64,000 nucleotides of DNA, taken from the NCBI GenBank assembly GCA_030066265.1, contig JASJCF010000011.1, forward strand, positions 883-64,882. Direction: 5' to 3'. The translations under genes and the position numbers were made by a program. This stretch comes from Acidimicrobiia bacterium (GTDB lineage Bacteria; Actinomycetota; Acidimicrobiia; Spongiisociales; UBA5794). Of the stretch, positions 18,134-27,352 are shown one piece after another. Positions within the stretch are counted from its first letter, which is position 1; each line of letters begins with the position of its first letter. The notes beneath the pieces were generated by a model. It was not told the origin of the DNA. It ran no database searches and saw only the letters and a program-made list of their open reading frames with translations.

Positions 18134-19308
18134 TCCTCCTCCAAGGTGAAGGTGACCCGAAGCTCGCCGGATTCGAGCTTCGCCCTCCGGATCGCACGCC
18201 GCTTCAACGAATCCGGGAGCACGAGGCTGCGCCGATACGAGTCCACGGTGATGTAGAGCTCGTCGTCGTGACGCATGACGTCGACATGATCTCGGTCCGC
18301 CAGGGGAAGCGTCATCACGAGAGCCACGTCGTCGGAGCCGTCCAGGCTCTCGACGCGGATCGGGTCGACGTTCGACAGCCGACGGGTCGGATCCACGTCG
18401 CCGTACAGCTCCTCTCCGACGAGGCGAAGCCGATCCGGCCCCACCATCTCCTCGTCGAACAGCCGCAGCTTGCGGATGTCCATGCCGTGGAACCCTTCCT
18501 CCACCTCGTCGAGGTGCTTTCCCTGGATCTCCCGCCACTTGCTGAAGTAGGGATCATTGACCTCAGATGGGAGGACTCGGTTCACGATGGCCGAGTCGAC
18601 GCCGTATCCGAAGAGCCCCAGGTAGGTGTACGTGCGGCGCGCCTCGGAGATGACCATCTTCTCCGGGTTCATCACGAGCCGAGCCGTGGTGATCTCCGGA
18701 TCGGCGAGCAGCTCCCGGATCCCGTCGAGCCGGTCGTAGAAGCGCTGCACCGAGTCGAAGACGGCGTCATTGGCGACTGGCATCGTCGACACCCGCGAGA
18801 TGACGGGACGCACCACCTTCACCACCCGCTTCGAGAGCGGGAACATCTTGTCCATGTACCACGACATCACATCGGGGAGGCTCAACAAGCGCAGGGTCTC
18901 GGCGGTGGGAGCGCAGTCGACGACGATGACGTCGTACCGATCGGACCCTGCGTGGTCACGCACGCTTGCCAGGCTGAAGAGCTCATCCATTCCGGGGAAC
19001 ACCGTCAACTCCTCGGCTTCGATGCCGCGAAGTCCCGACCAGTCGAAGAGGTCGGTGAGGTGGTCCCGCACATCCCCCCACGACTCCTCCAGCCGCTGCT
19101 GGCTGTCGATCTGCTGGGCTTCGAGGCCGGGAACGACCTCGGTGGGCTCATCTCCGAGGGTGGTGTCGAATGCGTCGGCGAGCGAGTGCGCAGGATCGGT
19201 CGACATGACCAGCGTCCGATGGCCCAGGTCGGCGGAACGGAGGGCCGTTGCTGCCGAGACCGTGGTCTTCCCCACTCCACCTTTGCCGGTGACGAGGATG
19301 ATCCGCAT
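18130..19308 (-). CDS. ArsA/Get3-family anion-transporting ATPase-like protein
   Basis: Deviant Walker A 'VTGKGGVGKTTVSAA' and 'STDPAHSLADAF' match ArsA. The start overlaps the upstream stop by 1 nt. Confidence 0.85.
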   Translation of the reverse strand: MRIILVTGKGGVGKTTVSAATALRSADLGHRTLVMSTDPAHSLADAFDTTLGDEPTEVVPGLEAQQIDSQQRLEESWGDVRDHLTDLFDWSGLRGIEAEELTVFPGMDELFSLASVRDHAGSDRYDVIVVDCAPTAETLRLLSLPDVMSWYMDKMFPLSKRVVKVVRPVISRVSTMPVANDAVFDSVQRFYDRLDGIRELLADPEITTARLVMNPEKMVISEARRTYTYLGLFGYGVDSAIVNRVLPSEVNDPYFSKWREIQGKHLDEVEEGFHGMDIRKLRLFDEEMVGPDRLRLVGEELYGDVDPTRRLSNVDPIRVESLDGSDDVALVMTLPLADRDHVDVMRHDDELYITVDSYRRSLVLPDSLKRRAIRRAKLESGELRVTFTLEEE

Positions 19309-19751
19309 CAGGCGGTCTCTTCCGCCCTCTTCTTCAATCCCCGAAGGGCGGTCCCGACGATCTGCTTCTCGGCCTGCTTGCGGAGGAAGCCGGGAAGCTT
19401 GAAGGCGGGATCGATCCGAAGTGCATAGACCACCTCGGTCTCACCGCCGCCCATCTCGTTGAACTCGTAGCGTCCTTCGAGCAGCCGAATGTCGTCGTTG
19501 GGGATGGCACTCCACGCAAAGCCGTTGTCGTAGTCGAAGTCGTACTCGAGGGTGTACGCCACTTCCTTCACCATGGCGTCCACGACGAAGTCCGCCTTCA
19601 CGGGGCGGCCGTAGTCGTCCTCCTCGACGATGGAGACGGAACGAACGCCGTCCGCCCATGCGGGATATGCCTCGATGTCGAGCGCAACCTCGTAGACGTG
19701 CTGTGGCACCGACGACACCTCAACCCGTTGCACGGTTCCTTCGGCTGCCAT
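19308..19751 (-). CDS. SRPBCC-superfamily protein (polyketide cyclase/dehydrase-like)
   Basis: 147 aa. 'VSSVPQHVYEVALDIEAYPAWADGVRSV' follows the Polyketide_cyc2-type N-terminal pattern. The start was chosen at the internal ATG; the upstream part of the track ORF is rejected. Confidence 0.7.
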   Translation of the reverse strand: MAAEGTVQRVEVSSVPQHVYEVALDIEAYPAWADGVRSVSIVEEDDYGRPVKADFVVDAMVKEVAYTLEYDFDYDNGFAWSAIPNDDIRLLEGRYEFNEMGGGETEVVYALRIDPAFKLPGFLRKQAEKQIVGTALRGLKKRAEETA

Positions 19752-19818
19752 CGGTGGAGCTCCTCGCCTCGACTCGGCCAACCGGAGGCTAGCGGCCCCC
19801 CAGAGCGCGCGGGAGCGC

Positions 19819-20592
19819 TCAGGAGGCTGCGTCGACGTCGTGTCGCCACGGTCGACCGGTGGCCCGGAAGTACCCGACGTTGCGACACACGGTGCCGCCA
19901 TGCACCCATCGGAGAGCCCGGGGTTGGTGGACATCCCCGAAGTAGTGGAACGCCGGCTGGTGCCGCTCCAGGTATTCCAGAATCGGCTCCGATCCCTTCG
20001 TGGTGCCCGCAACGACATCTTCGGACATCTCGCCGATCGACGGCGGGACGTGTGTTCCGATCACATCCACCCGGCCGATGCTCTCGAGTTTGGCTCGCAT
20101 CGCATCGTCAGAGACCTCTCCCGAGGACCCGATCCGTGCGAGACCACCCCCTGCGATCCCGATCTGGAGCCCATCGATCTCCACGATGTCGCCATCGACG
20201 AAGGTGGAGCCCTTCGGGAGATACTCGCGCAGCAGCTCGGGATCGTCGGCATTGCCATACGTCACATAGGACCGGGCACCCTCCAGCGCCGTGGCCATCC
20301 GCTCGTATTGCCCGACCATGAGCCGCCGGATCTCGGCGCTCACGTCGAATCCGATCGCAGCGGTTCGCTCGCGCCACACGGTGCGTGCTTCGTCGCGCCT
20401 GCCGTGCCTGCGCAGCGCGGCCAGCCGTTCCACCGTCTCGGTGCCGACGACATCCGGGATGATCCCCTCGGTGGTGCGGTGATCGATGAGATTGACGAGA
20501 TCGCCGAGAATGACCAGTGGCTCACCTCGCTGGGCCACACGGGCGAGCGCATCGAATTCGGCGTGCACGTCCGAGAGCACCAGGAAGGTCAT
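19819..20592 (-). CDS. Metallophosphoesterase (calcineurin-like)
   Basis: 'FLVLSDVHAE', 'ILGDLVN', 'GNAD' and 'GTHVPP' are the MPE metal-ligand motifs in canonical order. Confidence 0.75.
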   Translation of the reverse strand: MTFLVLSDVHAEFDALARVAQRGEPLVILGDLVNLIDHRTTEGIIPDVVGTETVERLAALRRHGRRDEARTVWRERTAAIGFDVSAEIRRLMVGQYERMATALEGARSYVTYGNADDPELLREYLPKGSTFVDGDIVEIDGLQIGIAGGGLARIGSSGEVSDDAMRAKLESIGRVDVIGTHVPPSIGEMSEDVVAGTTKGSEPILEYLERHQPAFHYFGDVHQPRALRWVHGGTVCRNVGYFRATGRPWRHDVDAAS

Positions 20593-20918
20593 GCGCTTCG
20601 CCCCGGGCCGAGCCAATATGCGACCCCACCGAGACCGGCGCCACCAACGACGGCCATCGCCAGGGCGAGCGAATCGGACCACCCTGCGTACGATGCGGAG
20701 ATCCCCGCCATGCCGAACCCGAACAGGCCAGCGATGATCACCCTGGCGGAAGCGCCCCAGCGGACCTCCGGGCCGGCAGCCGAGTCGGAGGGCGATACGG
20801 CGTCCGGCGTCGACGTATCCGGGTCGCTCGAGTCCGGCGAGGCGAGCACGGTGAGAACGACCCACAGCACGACGCCCAGGCCGCCCACCACGAGCGCAGC
20901 GGCATAGAGCGTCGTCAT
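20589..20918 (-). CDS. Small membrane protein, hypothetical
   Basis: Two or three TM helices. Its stop overlaps the phosphoesterase start (ATGA). Confidence 0.45.
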   Translation of the reverse strand: MTTLYAAALVVGGLGVVLWVVLTVLASPDSSDPDTSTPDAVSPSDSAAGPEVRWGASARVIIAGLFGFGMAGISASYAGWSDSLALAMAVVGGAGLGGVAYWLGPGRSA

Positions 20919-20963
20919 CTCCGTGCCTCCTCGGCGTCGGTGGTCGAGCGCTGCGAGCGTACC

Positions 20964-22043
20964 TCAGGGCGAGGGTGTCATTGCGGAGGCGCTGGCGATC
21001 TCGGCGGCGACCTCGGGGTCGCGCTCACGATCGGCGGCATCCCGGAGTGCCTCCCCGGCGTGGTCCGTGCCGATCCGGCCGAGCGCCCATGCGGCGTGCG
21101 AGCGCAGCAGGGAATCGGGGTCGTGCAGGAAGCGCACCAGCAAGGCCACATCATCGCCACGCCGGTCGTTGCCGACCGCGACGAGGGCGTTCCGGCGCAC
21201 GAACCGCATCTTCCTGCCGGGCACGTACCAGTGCGACGTCATCCGCTCCAGTTCCTCATCGCTCGCGGTGAGTAATCGGCGCGGGTCGGGTTGCGGCACG
21301 GGGAGGTGGGAATCGAGGGCTGGGTCGCCCGGCGGGCATGCGGTGAGGCAGTCGTCGCATCCGTACACCCGGCGACCCACAGCGACACGCATCGCCTCCG
21401 GGATGGTTCCACGTCCCTGGAGGACGGCGGCAATGCACCGTCGGGCATCGAGCATCCCTGGAGCGACGATCGCGCCGGTCGGGCACGCGGGCAGGCACGC
21501 ATCGCAGGTCCCGCACGATCTCACCATCGGTTCGCCGACGGGGAGCGGCTCGTCCGTGACCACGCTCCCGATCAGGAACCAAGGGCCCAGGCCGGGTGCG
21601 AGCGCCATGGTGCTCTTTCCCCACCATGCGATCCCCGACCGTACGGCTACCGCTCGATCGACGATGCGGTCATCGTCGAGCACCGCCTCACCGCGCGCAC
21701 CCCCTGCAGCGAGCACGGTGACGAGATCATCGAGCACGGCGCGCACGGGTGCGTATCGGTCCCCATCGGCGAATCGGGCCACCGGACGATCGGGCGATCG
21801 GCCGTCGCCATCGCGCAGGTACGGGACAGCCACGACGACGATCGACCGAGCCCAGGGGAACGACCGAGCGGGCTCTGCACTCATCGCCGGATCCTTGAAC
21901 GTGAACCCGAGACGACCGGACGCCCCGGTGGCTCGGCGTCGCTCGATCTCGGCCCGCACATCGGGAAAGGGTGCGAGGTCGGTGACACCGAGCCGGGCCT
22001 CGTGTTCGGCTGCAACGCCGCGCAGTCGTTCGAGAAGCACCAT
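20964..22043 (-). CDS. queG: tRNA epoxyqueuosine reductase
   Basis: Two 4Fe-4S ferredoxin motifs 'CGTCDACLPACP' and 'CDDCLTACP', plus the C-terminal HEAT-like region characteristic of QueG. Confidence 0.85.
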   Translation of the reverse strand: MVLLERLRGVAAEHEARLGVTDLAPFPDVRAEIERRRATGASGRLGFTFKDPAMSAEPARSFPWARSIVVVAVPYLRDGDGRSPDRPVARFADGDRYAPVRAVLDDLVTVLAAGGARGEAVLDDDRIVDRAVAVRSGIAWWGKSTMALAPGLGPWFLIGSVVTDEPLPVGEPMVRSCGTCDACLPACPTGAIVAPGMLDARRCIAAVLQGRGTIPEAMRVAVGRRVYGCDDCLTACPPGDPALDSHLPVPQPDPRRLLTASDEELERMTSHWYVPGRKMRFVRRNALVAVGNDRRGDDVALLVRFLHDPDSLLRSHAAWALGRIGTDHAGEALRDAADRERDPEVAAEIASASAMTPSP

Positions 22044-22090
22044 GCGGTGCAGCGTACCCAGACAATCGCCCGGGAGCCCCGGACGCTATC

Positions 22091-22202
22091 CAGCCCGGAT
22101 CCAGCCCGGATCAAGCCCGGATCAAGCCCGATCAAGCCTGATCGCCACCGATCACGACCCGATCAACTCCGACCATCACCCGATCAACCGCAGAGATCGA
22201 TC
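22091..22202. repeat. Degenerating tandem array of about 11 units of 10-11 bp, each ending in GATC (cagcccggatc x2, aagcccggatc x2, aagcccgatc, aagcctgatc, gccaccgatc, ...)
   Basis: Read directly from the sequence. About 10 GATC tetramers in roughly 110 bp with near-helical periodicity, in the gap between the small Cys-rich ORF and queG. Confidence 0.8.
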
Positions 22203-22238
22203 AGCCCTGGAGCATGGTGTGAACGAGCTCTCTGCGCC

Positions 22239-22442
22239 TCACGAGCCGGATGATGCCTGACGGTCATCGCTGACGATGAGCCGGATCGGGGAGACCAATC
22301 CCGCATCGCTCATCGCATCGATCGCGGCCCGCTCGTCATCATCGAGCTCGAGGACGCCACCGGGTGCGCACAACGCCGTCACGATGCAGTCCTCGCATGC
22401 CGACGTCTGGACCATCACACATCGGTCGCAATCGATGATCAT
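22239..22442 (-). CDS. Small cysteine-rich protein (CxxC...CxxC...C), zinc-ribbon-like, hypothetical
   Basis: 67 aa 'MIIDCDRCVMVQTSACEDCIVTALC...'. ATG 22442 is preceded by a perfect SD 'GAGGAGGTGAAC'. The earlier ATG at 22466 lacks one. Confidence 0.5.
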   Translation of the reverse strand: MIIDCDRCVMVQTSACEDCIVTALCAPGGVLELDDDERAAIDAMSDAGLVSPIRLIVSDDRQASSGS

Positions 22443-22566
22443 GTTCACCTCCTCGCTCGAGGCCAAGCGTACGAACCGGGTGTGACACGACCTGAGCCAC
22501 CCGCAGGACGGCCTGCGGAGGAGGGGCGTACTGGGTGCCCTCCGGTCCCGGGCCTACACTCGCCCC

Positions 22567-23598
22567 ATGCGGCTCGGACTGAACATCGGCTACTACGGCA
22601 CGGCCATCGCCGACAACTTCACCCTCATCGACCGAGCCGAGCAGCTCGGCTACGACAGTGTGTGGACCGCAGAGGCGTACGGATCGGACGCCCTGACACC
22701 CCTTGCATACGTCGCTGCGCGGACCTCGAGGATCGGCGTCGGCTCAGCGGTGTTCCAGATGCCGGCACGCACCCCTGCGATGACGGCGATGACCGCAGCC
22801 ACCCTCGACGAGATGTCCGGTGGTCGGTTCCGGCTCGGCCTCGGCGTGTCCGGGCCGCAGGTGGTGGAGGGATGGCACGGAAGACCGTTCGGCAAGCCTC
22901 TTGCGGTGACCCGGGAATACGTCTCCATCGTCCGGGCGATCCTCGCCCGGGAGGCACCGGTCGAGTTCGATGGCGAGTACCACCAGCTCCCCTATCGCGG
23001 CGAGGGTGCTCTCGGCCTGGGCAAGCCGCTCAAGATCATGATGCGCCCTAGGGCCGACCTGCCGATCTACCTCGCGGCGATCGGGCCGCGCAATGTCGAG
23101 CTCACCGCGGAGATCGCCGACGGCTGGCTGCCGATCTTCTTCTCACCCGAGCGAAGCCGGGAAACGTATACCGGCTTGCTCGAAGCCGGCTTCGCCCGGT
23201 CGGGGGATCCGAACAAGGCGGATCGGTTCGACATCGCGCCAACCGTCAACGCCCTCGTCACCGACGACCTCGAAGGCGGGAGACTCCAGATGAAGCCCCA
23301 GATCGCTCTCTACCTCGGGGGCATGGGCGCCAAGGGTCGGAACTTCTACAACGATCTCGCACGTCGCTACGGATACGAGCAAGAGGCTGAGACGATCCAG
23401 GACCTCTACCTCGCCGGCAAGAAGATGGAGGCCACGATGGCCGTTCCCGACGAGTTGGTGGACGAGGTGTGTCTCGTGGGGCCTGGCGAACGCATCCGCG
23501 ACCGGCTCGAGGCATGGCGCGAGGCGGGGATCGGCACCCTCATCATCGGCACCTCAGATCCCCACACGCTCGATGTGATCGCCGAGTACGTGGGCTGA
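22567..23598 (+). CDS. LLM-class (luciferase-like) F420-dependent oxidoreductase
   Basis: '[11 protein letters not shown]...[83 protein letters not shown]' shows the typical LLM TIM-barrel pattern. Confidence 0.8.
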   Translation: MRLGLNIGYYGTAIADNFTLIDRAEQLGYDSVWTAEAYGSDALTPLAYVAARTSRIGVGSAVFQMPARTPAMTAMTAATLDEMSGGRFRLGLGVSGPQVVEGWHGRPFGKPLAVTREYVSIVRAILAREAPVEFDGEYHQLPYRGEGALGLGKPLKIMMRPRADLPIYLAAIGPRNVELTAEIADGWLPIFFSPERSRETYTGLLEAGFARSGDPNKADRFDIAPTVNALVTDDLEGGRLQMKPQIALYLGGMGAKGRNFYNDLARRYGYEQEAETIQDLYLAGKKMEATMAVPDELVDEVCLVGPGERIRDRLEAWREAGIGTLIIGTSDPHTLDVIAEYVG

Positions 23599-23600
23599 GC

Positions 23601-25904
23601 TCAGTCGCCGGACGACGGAACGGCATCGGGTGCCACAGGACGTTCGGCCGGCCTCGGCAGGGTGAGCCGGAACGTCGCACCCTCGCCGACCACGTACTCC
23701 AGAGAGCCATCCATCAGCTCGGCGAGACGGCGCGAAACGGTGAGTCCCAGGCCGATGGACGACTTCGCCCTCGACCCGGAGGCCGATCGGCCGTAGGGCA
23801 AGAAGACGGTTTCGCGGTCTTCGGGCGGGATTCCCTTCCCGTCGTCGTGAACGATCACCGAAGATGTCGCTTCGTCGACACGGAAGGTCACCGTGACGGT
23901 GGGCCCGCCGTACCGGAACGCATTCGTGAGGAGGTTCCGCACGATCTGGCGCACCCGTGTCGGGTCGGCCATCGCCGGCGCAGGGGTGGGCGACAGGTGC
24001 ACCGACGTTCGATCGGGCGTGCGCAAGGCTGCGAGGGTCGAAGCCGTGAGCTCGCTGAGATCCGTCTCCTCCACGAACACCGACATCACCCCGTCGTGTG
24101 ATCTGGCCGCAACGAGCAGATCCTCCACGAGATCGGCCATGTCGATCGTCTCGCCGGCGATGAGCTCGAGGAGCTCGGCGCGTTCGTCGGCAGCGAGGGC
24201 ATCGCCGGCAGCTCGCAATTCGTCTGCGAGGCCGCCGACGGCGGTGAGCGGAGTCCTCAGTTCGTGACTCACCGATGCGATGAGTTGATCCTTCGAGGCG
24301 AGCGAGGCCTGAAGCCTCGCACGGTCGCGAGCGCGCCCGTAGAACGCACCGAACATCTCGGCGATCGTTCGCACGAACGCTCGGTCACGATCCGTCCAGG
24401 AGCGACAGGTGCCACCTTCGATGACCCACAGAGCCCCGACGAGCTCACCGCCCTCCACGTCGATTCCCCCGACGAGCCGGCAGAACCCATCTCGGTCATC
24501 GTGCGCGATGGCATCTTCCCCGAGGATGTCGCGCACTGCGGCCTCAGGATCCTGCAGGGAGCTCGAGAGCGCGTCCAGGTCCTGCCCCTCGACTGTGCCC
24601 ACTGCCGACCACGTCGCGAGGATCTCAGCGTCGCTCTGTGCCTCCGTGTGGGCCGTGACCACCACCCGATCCGCACCGATCGCCTCCCCGACGGCGCGCA
24701 GTGCCGGCCCGACATCTCCGGACCCCTCGCCATCTCCAGACCCCTCGCCGAGGAGCGCTTGGGAGGCGCGAGCGATCGCCTCCTCGTATCGAAGTCTCCC
24801 GTCGAGGGAACCGATGAGCGAATCCCGGACCTTCGCGTTTCGCGCACGGAGCCAGAACGCAGCGGTGAGATCGGCCATGGTTCTCAAGAGCATGAGATCA
24901 TCCGTCCGCCACAGCCGATCGGCGTCCCCATCGGCGGCTCCGATGACGCCGACCCAATCACCCTCGAGGATGATCGGCACGTTCACCTCTGCACGCAACG
25001 CACCATCCCCTCCCCGATCTCCCGACGTCCCGCGAGACTCCTCGACCCGGTAGAAGAAGGGCGCACCACCCTCCAGATGCGCCCTGGCTCCCGGCATGGT
25101 CGACCACGGGACCTTCGCCGCTCGGTCGAGCGAGGGGTGCATGTGCGGGTCGTGACTTGCGCGATCGACCACGACGGCGCTCATGCCGAGTTCGGGATCC
25201 TCGACGTTGCGCTCGACGAACACCACAGCGACATCCATCGCCGACCGAATCTCCTCGAGGCTCCTCGACAGCGCCTGCGCGTCGTCTTCGGACACCAACA
25301 GGGCGGATGCGCGAGCAACCGCTTCGGCGACCTCGAGACGACGGCCCACCTCCTTGCGACCGCGCACGCGCATGCGGAGGAACTCGGAGGCGATCACGAT
25401 CGAGGACACACCGAACACTGCGATGACCACGACGCCGGCGACGAGCGATCGTTCCACCGAGACGTCCGAGCCCACCATGGTGATCGTCGAGGCTGCAACA
25501 CCGGCAATGACGGCATAGAGCCCGATCGGCCAATCGCTGATCGAGTCGGCGAGCACGGCGAGAACCAGGAGGAAGTAGGCGACCACCATTCCGCTCGCTG
25601 CCGGTGGCACCGAGAGAACGACGAGGCCTATCGAGGTGAACGTGATGTCCGCAACCAGCGTTGCCGTGATGCGGCGACGGTCGGTCCTGAGGGCCACGGT
25701 GGCGTCCAGCGCCGCGCCTGCGCCGATCGCTGCGGCAATGGCCATCGCGGGCCAGGCCAACACCACACCGGCGACGATGGCGAGCACCACCGCTGTGAGG
25801 CCTCCGATTCGTCGCTGCTCATGCCAGCGACGAACGACCGCCTGTTTGGGCGCGGCGTCCGGCATCTCGGTGTCGACGTGAGGGCGCGAGAGGGTCGTCG
25901 TCAC
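23601..25904 (-). CDS. Sensor histidine kinase with N-terminal multi-TM region and tandem GAF domains (orphan; no adjacent response regulator)
   Basis: HisKA 'SHELRTPLTAV'. HATPase N/G boxes 'VRNLLTNAFRYG', 'DDGKGIP' and 'GLGLTVS'. Two GAF-like segments and about 6 TM helices at the N-terminus. Confidence 0.85.
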   Translation of the reverse strand: MTTTLSRPHVDTEMPDAAPKQAVVRRWHEQRRIGGLTAVVLAIVAGVVLAWPAMAIAAAIGAGAALDATVALRTDRRRITATLVADITFTSIGLVVLSVPPAASGMVVAYFLLVLAVLADSISDWPIGLYAVIAGVAASTITMVGSDVSVERSLVAGVVVIAVFGVSSIVIASEFLRMRVRGRKEVGRRLEVAEAVARASALLVSEDDAQALSRSLEEIRSAMDVAVVFVERNVEDPELGMSAVVVDRASHDPHMHPSLDRAAKVPWSTMPGARAHLEGGAPFFYRVEESRGTSGDRGGDGALRAEVNVPIILEGDWVGVIGAADGDADRLWRTDDLMLLRTMADLTAAFWLRARNAKVRDSLIGSLDGRLRYEEAIARASQALLGEGSGDGEGSGDVGPALRAVGEAIGADRVVVTAHTEAQSDAEILATWSAVGTVEGQDLDALSSSLQDPEAAVRDILGEDAIAHDDRDGFCRLVGGIDVEGGELVGALWVIEGGTCRSWTDRDRAFVRTIAEMFGAFYGRARDRARLQASLASKDQLIASVSHELRTPLTAVGGLADELRAAGDALAADERAELLELIAGETIDMADLVEDLLVAARSHDGVMSVFVEETDLSELTASTLAALRTPDRTSVHLSPTPAPAMADPTRVRQIVRNLLTNAFRYGGPTVTVTFRVDEATSSVIVHDDGKGIPPEDRETVFLPYGRSASGSRAKSSIGLGLTVSRRLAELMDGSLEYVVGEGATFRLTLPRPAERPVAPDAVPSSGD

Positions 25905-25958
25905 GGTTTCCTGTGTTTCGCTGTGTTCCAGGTGTATCGGAAGCTCGACCCGCAGCGT

Positions 25959-27155
25959 TTAGCCGTTCGCCCACTCCACGAGCCCATCCGACCACAGCAC
26001 GAGCGCCCCGAGGAGGGTGGCGCGTTCTCGCAGCTCCCGATCGTTCGTGACGACCGCCGTCCGCCCAGGGCGTTCCCCGAGGAGTGCAACGATTGCATCG
26101 TCAGCTGAGCGGTCGCCGGCGAATCGAACCTGGACACCCAGCTCGGTCGTGTAGGAACCCCGTCCCTCTACCCCCACCGCATCGAAGACGACGACGATCT
26201 CGCCGGCTACGAGACGAGAGAGCACGTTGGCAACGTTGAGCACGGCGTTTCTGCCCTCTGCGCCCGACAGGGCGACGAGCCCGAGTGCACCCGCCACGTT
26301 GTATCCATCGAGGATCACGAGATCGGGCCGAAGACCCGCAAGGGCTGCCACCCCGGCCGCCCGGTCGGGAGCGACACCTCCGGGCAGCGCAAAGGGACCA
26401 TCCGGGCCCCGGTCGGGCGGCGCGCCGGCGGCATCGCGATACGGCCGCAACACGCGTTCGGCGGTGTCGAGCCATGCGGCGATGGCTCCGGGATCGCCAG
26501 TGGGAATCGGAGCCGGGCGCGGCATGGCCGGCGCTCCGGCGTCGCGCCTCGCAGCTCTGCGAACAGCGCGATCCTCCTTCGATTGGAGATCGGCGATGAG
26601 CGCCTCTCGCTCGGCAATGGACTGCTCCGCCTCGGACAGGGCCGCCCGGAGGTCGGTCGCCTCGGCTCGCGACTCGCGCAGCGCCGCCTCGATCCCCTCC
26701 CGGGACCGCTTTGCGCCATCGCGGAGGGCCTTGCGTTCCTTGGCGGCCTCACGTCGCTCCTGGGTGAGTCGGTGCTTGGCACGCCCGAGTTCACGATCGA
26801 GCTCCTCCACTCGCGTCCGCTCGACGTCGAGCTCGCCGGTCAGGCGGAGCAGCTCGGCCTCGCTCTCGACGCTCTCGAGGGAGGCCAGCGCCGCTCCGGG
26901 GTCATCGAGGAACGTCTCGATGAGCTCGTCGCTCCTCCCCGAGTCGGTCCAGGCGCTGGCGACGTCGGCGCGCAGAGCGTCATCGGAGACGAGTTCATCG
27001 ATGAGCGACCGCTCGAACGGCGGCGGCAGTGTCCGCGCGGAGCTTCGGGCAATTCGGCGCATCCGCGCCGGCACCTCGTCATCCTCATAGTCGTCGAGCA
27101 CCTGGCGTGCGATGTCGATGACGGGCCGCAATCGCCTGCGTGCCTCTGCGTTCAC
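25959..27155 (-). CDS. NYN/YacP-like (PIN-related) domain protein with a long coiled-coil N-terminal region
   Basis: C-terminus 'LVILDGYNVAGALG...EIVVVFDAVGVEG...VRFAGDRSADDAIVALLGE...TAVVTNDRELRERA' matches the NYN/YacP layout. The centre is heptad-rich (ELDRELGRAKHRLTQERREAAKERKALRD). Confidence 0.7.
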   Translation of the reverse strand: MNAEARRRLRPVIDIARQVLDDYEDDEVPARMRRIARSSARTLPPPFERSLIDELVSDDALRADVASAWTDSGRSDELIETFLDDPGAALASLESVESEAELLRLTGELDVERTRVEELDRELGRAKHRLTQERREAAKERKALRDGAKRSREGIEAALRESRAEATDLRAALSEAEQSIAEREALIADLQSKEDRAVRRAARRDAGAPAMPRPAPIPTGDPGAIAAWLDTAERVLRPYRDAAGAPPDRGPDGPFALPGGVAPDRAAGVAALAGLRPDLVILDGYNVAGALGLVALSGAEGRNAVLNVANVLSRLVAGEIVVVFDAVGVEGRGSYTTELGVQVRFAGDRSADDAIVALLGERPGRTAVVTNDRELRERATLLGALVLWSDGLVEWANG

Positions 27156-27251
27156 GGCTCAGGACCCCCCGATTCTCGCTATCTTGACATCAACCGGCAC
27201 GGTGCCATACTCGCACAGACGCCGGGAACCAATGGTCGGAGAGCCAGACAG

Positions 27252-27284
27252 ATGACCACCAACGTCGTAATCCTTCTCGCATAG
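27252..27284 (+). CDS. Branched-chain amino-acid leader peptide MTTNVVILLA (ilv attenuator leader)
   Basis: 10-codon ORF with 5 consecutive Val/Ile/Leu codons (GTC GTA ATC CTT CTC), 70 bp upstream of ilvB. It is followed immediately by alternative hairpins and a terminator. Confidence 0.6.
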   Translation: MTTNVVILLA

Positions 27285-27309
27285 GCGCATCACGCATCGA
27301 TGCGCCTGA

Positions 27310-27340
27310 CCCCTCGTGCAACGGGGGGTCCTTTTCTATC
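27310..27340 (+). terminator. Attenuator intrinsic terminator: stem ccccucg/cgggggg, loop ugcaa, then a uccuuuucuau tract
   Basis: Read directly. An upstream alternative hairpin ggcgcatc-acgcatc-gatgcgcc (27284-27306) overlaps the leader stop. Confidence 0.55.
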
Positions 27341-27352
27341 CGGAGCAGCCAC

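Noticed and set aside
23596-23603. Palindromes tgagctca (23596..23603) and ctag (49999..50002) shared by convergent stop codons
   Set aside because: Trivial consequence of convergent genes ending in TGA/TAG. No evidence of function.
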